NCBI GenBank assembly: GCA_002269645.1
Contig: NIVC01000740.1
Coordinates: 1 to 64,000 of the forward strand
Length of the DNA: 64,000 bases
Source of the DNA: Macrostomum lignano
Lineage: Eukaryota
Reading direction: 5' to 3'
Shown: positions 59,801 to 64,000 of the stretch, piece by piece
Layout: each line of letters starts with the position of its first letter
Position numbering within the stretch: the stretch's first letter is position 1
Translations under genes and position numbers: made by a program
The notes under the pieces: generated by a model
What the model was told of the DNA's origin: nothing
Database searches by the model: none
The model's input: the letters and a program-made list of their open reading frames with translations, nothing else

Positions 59801-62800
59801 CTAAAATCCTAGACATTCCCAGATCCTAAAAATCCTAGACATTCCCAGATCCCCAAAATCCTAGACATTCCCAGATCCCTAAAATCCTAGACATTCCCAG
59901 ATCCTAAAAATTCTAGACATTCCCAGATCCCAAAAATCCTAGACATTCCCAGATCCCTAAAATCCTAGATACTCTTAGATCCCTAAAATCCTAGACATTC
60001 CCAGATCCCAAAAATCCTAGACATTCCCAGATCCCAAAAATCCTAGACATTCCCAGATCCTCAAAATCCTAGACATTCCCAGATCCCTAAAATCCTAGAC
60101 ATTCCCAGATCCCTAAAATCCTAGACATTCCCAGATCCCCAAAATCCTACACACTCTTAGATCCCTAAAATCCTAGATACTCTTAGATCCCTAAAATCCT
60201 AGACATTCCCAGATCCCCAAAATCCTAGACATTCCCAGATCCCAAAAATCCTAGACATTCCCAGATCCTAAAAATCCTAGACATTCCCAGATCCCAAAAA
60301 TCCTAGACATTCCCAGATCCTAAAAATCCTAGACATTCCAGATCCCTAAAATCCTAGACATTCCCAGATCCCAAAAATCCTAGACATTCCCAGATCCTAA
60401 AAATCCTAGACATTCCCAGATCCCTAAAATCCTAGACATTCCCAGATCCTAAAAATCCTAGACATTCCCAGATCCCAAAAATCCTAGACATTCCCAGATC
60501 CTAAAAATCCTAGACATTCCCAGATCCCAAAATTCTAGACATTCCCAGATCCCTAAAATCCTAGACATTCCCAGATCCTAAAAATCCTAGACATTCCCAG
60601 ATACCAAAAATCCTAGACATTCCCAGATCCCTAAAATCTTAGACATTCCCAGATCCCTAAAATCCTAGACACTCTTAGATCCTCAAAATCCTAGATACTC
60701 TTAGATCCCTAAAATCCTAGACATTCCCAGATCCTAAAAATCCTAGACATTCCCAGATCCCAAAAATCCTAGACATTCCCAGATCCCTAAAATCCTAGAC
60801 ATTCCCAGATCCCAAAAGTCCTAGACATTCCCAGATCCTAAAAATCCTAGACATTCCCAGATCCCAAAAATCCTAGACATTCCCAGATCCTAAAAATCCT
60901 AGACATTCCCAGATCCCTAAAATCCTAGACATTCCCAGATCCCAAAAATCCTAGACATTCCCAGATCCTAAAAATCCTAGACATTCCCAGATCCCTAAAA
61001 TCCTAGACATTCCCAGATCCTAAAAATCCTAGACATTCCCAGATCCTAAAAATCCTAGACATTCCCAGATCCTAAAAATCCTAGACATTCCCAGATCCCA
61101 AAATTCTAGACATTCCCAGATCCCTAAAATCCTAGACATTCCCAGATCCTAAAAATCCTAGACATTCCCAGATCCCAAAAATCCTAGACATTCCCAGATC
61201 CCTAAAATCTTAGACATTCCCAGATCCCTAAAATCCTAGACACTCTTAGATCCTCAAAATCCTAGATACTCTTAGATCCCTAAAATCCTAGACATTCCCA
61301 GATCCTAAAAATCCTAGACATTCCCAGATCCAAAAAATCCTAGACATTCCCAGATCCCTAAAATCCTAGACATTCCCAGATCCCAAAAATCCTAGACATT
61401 CCCAGATCCCTAAAATCCTAGACATTCCCAGATCCCTAAAATCCTAGACACTCTTTAGATCCTCAAAATCCTAGATACTCTTAGATCCCTAAAATCCTAG
61501 ACATTCCCAGATCCCTAAAATCCTAGACATTCCCAGATCCCAAAAATCCTAGACATTCCCAGATCCCTAAAATCCTAGACATTCCCAGATCCCTAAAATC
61601 CTAGACACTCTTAGATCCTCAAAATCCTAGATACTCTTAGATCCCTAAAATCCTAGACATTCCCAGATCCCTAAAATCCTAGACACTCTTAGATCCTCAA
61701 AATCCTAGATACTCTTAGATCCCTAAAATCCTAGACATTCCCAGATCCTAAAAATCCTAGACATTCCCAGATCCCAAAAATCCTAGACATTCCCAGATCC
61801 TAAAAATCCTAGACACTCTTAGATCCCTAAAATCCTAGATACTCTTAGATCCCTAAAATCCTAGACATTCCCAGATCCTAAAAATCCTAGACATTCCCAG
61901 ATCCCCAAAATCCTAGACATTCCCAGATCCCTAAAATCCTAGACATTCCCAGATCCTAAAAATCCTAGACATTCCCAGATCCCAAAAATCCTAGACATTC
62001 CCAGATCCCTAAAATCCTAGATACTCTTAGATCCCTAAAATCCTAGACATTCCCAGATCCTAAAAATCCTAGACATTCCCAGATCCCAAAAATCCTAGAC
62101 ATTCCCAGATCCCTAAAATCCTAGACATTCCCAGATCCTAAAAATCCTAGACATTCCCAGATCCCAAAAATCCTAGACATTCCCAGATCCCTAAAATCCT
62201 AGACATTCCCAGATCCCTAAAATCCTAGACACTCTTAGATCCTCAAAATCCTAGATACTCTTAGATCCCTAAAATCCTAGACATTCCCAGATCCCAAAAA
62301 TCCTAGACATTCCCAGATCCCTAAAATCCTAGACACTCTTAGATCCCTAAAATCCTAGATACTCTTAGATCCCTAAAATCCTAGACATTCCCAGATCCTA
62401 AAAATCCTAGACATTCCCAGATCCCAAAAATCCTAGACATTCCCAGATCCCAGATCCCGAAAATCCTAGATACTCTTTAGATCCCTAAAATCCTAGACAT
62501 TCCCAGATCCCTAAAATCCTAGACATTCCCAGATCCCTAAAATCCTAGACAATCTTAGATCCCTAAAATCCTAGATACTCTTAGATCCCCAAAATCCTAG
62601 ATACTCTTTAGATCCCTAAAATCCTAGATTCTCTTAGATCCCTAAAATCCTAGATACTCCTAGATCCCTAAAATCCTAGACATTCCCAGATCTCAAAAAT
62701 CCTAGATACTCTTAGATCCCAAAAATCCTAGACATTCCCAGATAACAAAAATCCTAGATACTCTTAGATCCCAAAAATCCTAGACATTCCCAGATAACAA

Positions 62801-63324
62801 AAATCCTAGATACTCTTAGATCCCTAAAATCCTAGACATTCCCAGATCCCTAAAAACCTAGACATTACAAGATCGCCTGAAAGATTACCTGAAACCTACT
62901 ATATTCTCGAAATCCCTAAAATCCTCTTCTCTCTCTCTCTCTCCCTCCTCAAATAGGCAGATCGGAGTGAAAAAGGAACAAGCAATAGGCATTAGTCTCA
63001 CCTGGTCATTCTTCATCTGAAAGTTAACCCTGGCCCCCGTTCGCACAGGCACCTGAGAGCGGACATGAACCCGGGCCGCAGCTCTTCGTACTGAATCGGA
63101 CTGATGTTCAATATGCCATTGAGCAGCACCTTAATTGGCATCTGGCCGCTGAGTATGGGCTCGTTGGGACACGAACCAGCGGCCAGCAGCATGTCCATTG
63201 ACTGGGCTAGAACGGACATGTCGAACACGTACAGATATGACAGCGGGTCCGCGAAGTTCGGCTCAACATTGAAAGTGAGGAATGTATAGAAGCTGGACAG
63301 CAACTGGCCGAACGGTGTGTCACC
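53801..63324 (-). CDS. Ankyrin repeat and SOCS box (ASB)-like protein, last three exons, 5'-partial; 1-bp frameshift at 63034-63038
   Basis: Exons 63324-63002, 56713-56465, 54313-53801. C-terminal SOCS box PRSLRQLCRLRLHRRL...LPLPYQLVNYML. Ankyrin-like GDTPF, LL.AG..PN, LIQAGADPN. Adding one G to the G5 run gives GARVNFQMKNDQ|GNCTSL in frame with the next exon. Confidence 0.8.
54430..56457. repeat. 22/26-bp minisatellite (gttacccattcacacatccgca)n
   Basis: About 2 kb filling the intron, starting about 7 nt from the donor. Confidence 0.95.
56780..62870. repeat. 26-bp satellite array (aaaatcctagacattcccagatccct)n, about 6.1 kb, intronic
   Basis: About 230 copies with recurring variants. Confidence 0.98.
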
Positions 63325-63459
63325 CTGATGAGGAACAAAACAATGCGTTAATAATTGGCTTCACTTAAAAAAGCTCCTTGCCGACTACCAAAAATACTGT
63401 AATCCCATCCTTTAGAGTCTAAGATCCCATTCAAATTCTAAAGAAACTAGAATTACATC

Positions 63460-64000
63460 ACCAAAAACCCAGAATCCCATCTCCCCAAACCCAGAATCCT
63501 ATCTCCCCAAACCCAGAATCCCACCTCTCAAACCCAGAATCCCACCCCCCCAAACCCAGAATCCCATCTCCCCAAACCCAGAATCCCACCTCTCAAACCC
63601 AGAATCCCATCTCCCCAAATCCAGAATCCCATCTCTAAAACCCAGAATCCCATCTCCCCAAACCCAGAATCCCATCCCCCAAAACCCAGAATCCCATCTC
63701 CCCAAACCCAGAATCCCATCTCTCAAACCCAGAATCCCATCTCCCCAAATCCAGATTCCCACCTCTCAAACCTAGAATCCCATCTCCCCAAACCCAGAAT
63801 CCCATCTCCCCAAATCCAGATTCCCACCTCTCAAACCTAGAATCCCATCTCCCCAAACCCAGAATCCCATCTCCCCAAACCCAGAATCCCATCTCCCCAA
63901 ACCCAGAATCCCATCTCCCCAAACCCAGAATCCCATCTCTCCAAACCCAGAATCCCATCTCTCCAAACCCAGAATCCCATCCCCCAAATTCCAGAATTTC
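63460..64000. repeat. 20-21-bp minisatellite (aaacccagaatcccatctccc)n
   Basis: Tandem copies to the window end. Confidence 0.95.

Overview
This is eukaryotic (animal) genomic DNA with GT-AG introns. I saw no rRNA, tRNA genes, CRISPR arrays or operons. GC-rich exons, minisatellite-filled introns and acceptor-like AGs just before start codons suggest a flatworm such as Macrostomum (inference only). Genes, left to right: (1) 3' part of a C-type lectin + PAN/apple gene with a 1-bp frameshift, plus an inverted fragment that keeps the intact frame; (2) a 3-exon class IV sirtuin whose GAGIS NAD-binding motif is deleted; (3) a MAT2B/RmlD-like SDR (-); (4) a C17orf98/SPMAP1 homologue with a perfect RFX X-box upstream; (5) two head-to-head fibrillar collagens (- 29105..17722 and + 32789..40849); (6) a RINGv protein (-) whose 5' end is duplicated as a 549-bp direct repeat around a 5'-truncated RT-RNase H non-LTR retrotransposon; (7) two tandem intronless PAN + C-type lectin genes; (8) a 2-exon coiled-coil gene; (9) the 3' end of an ankyrin/SOCS-box-like gene (-). 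Most large introns carry their own private tandem repeat, the largest about 6.1 kb. Three single-base deletions in otherwise intact genes probably reflect consensus errors. Exon models were built by hand from splice signals and frame continuity.
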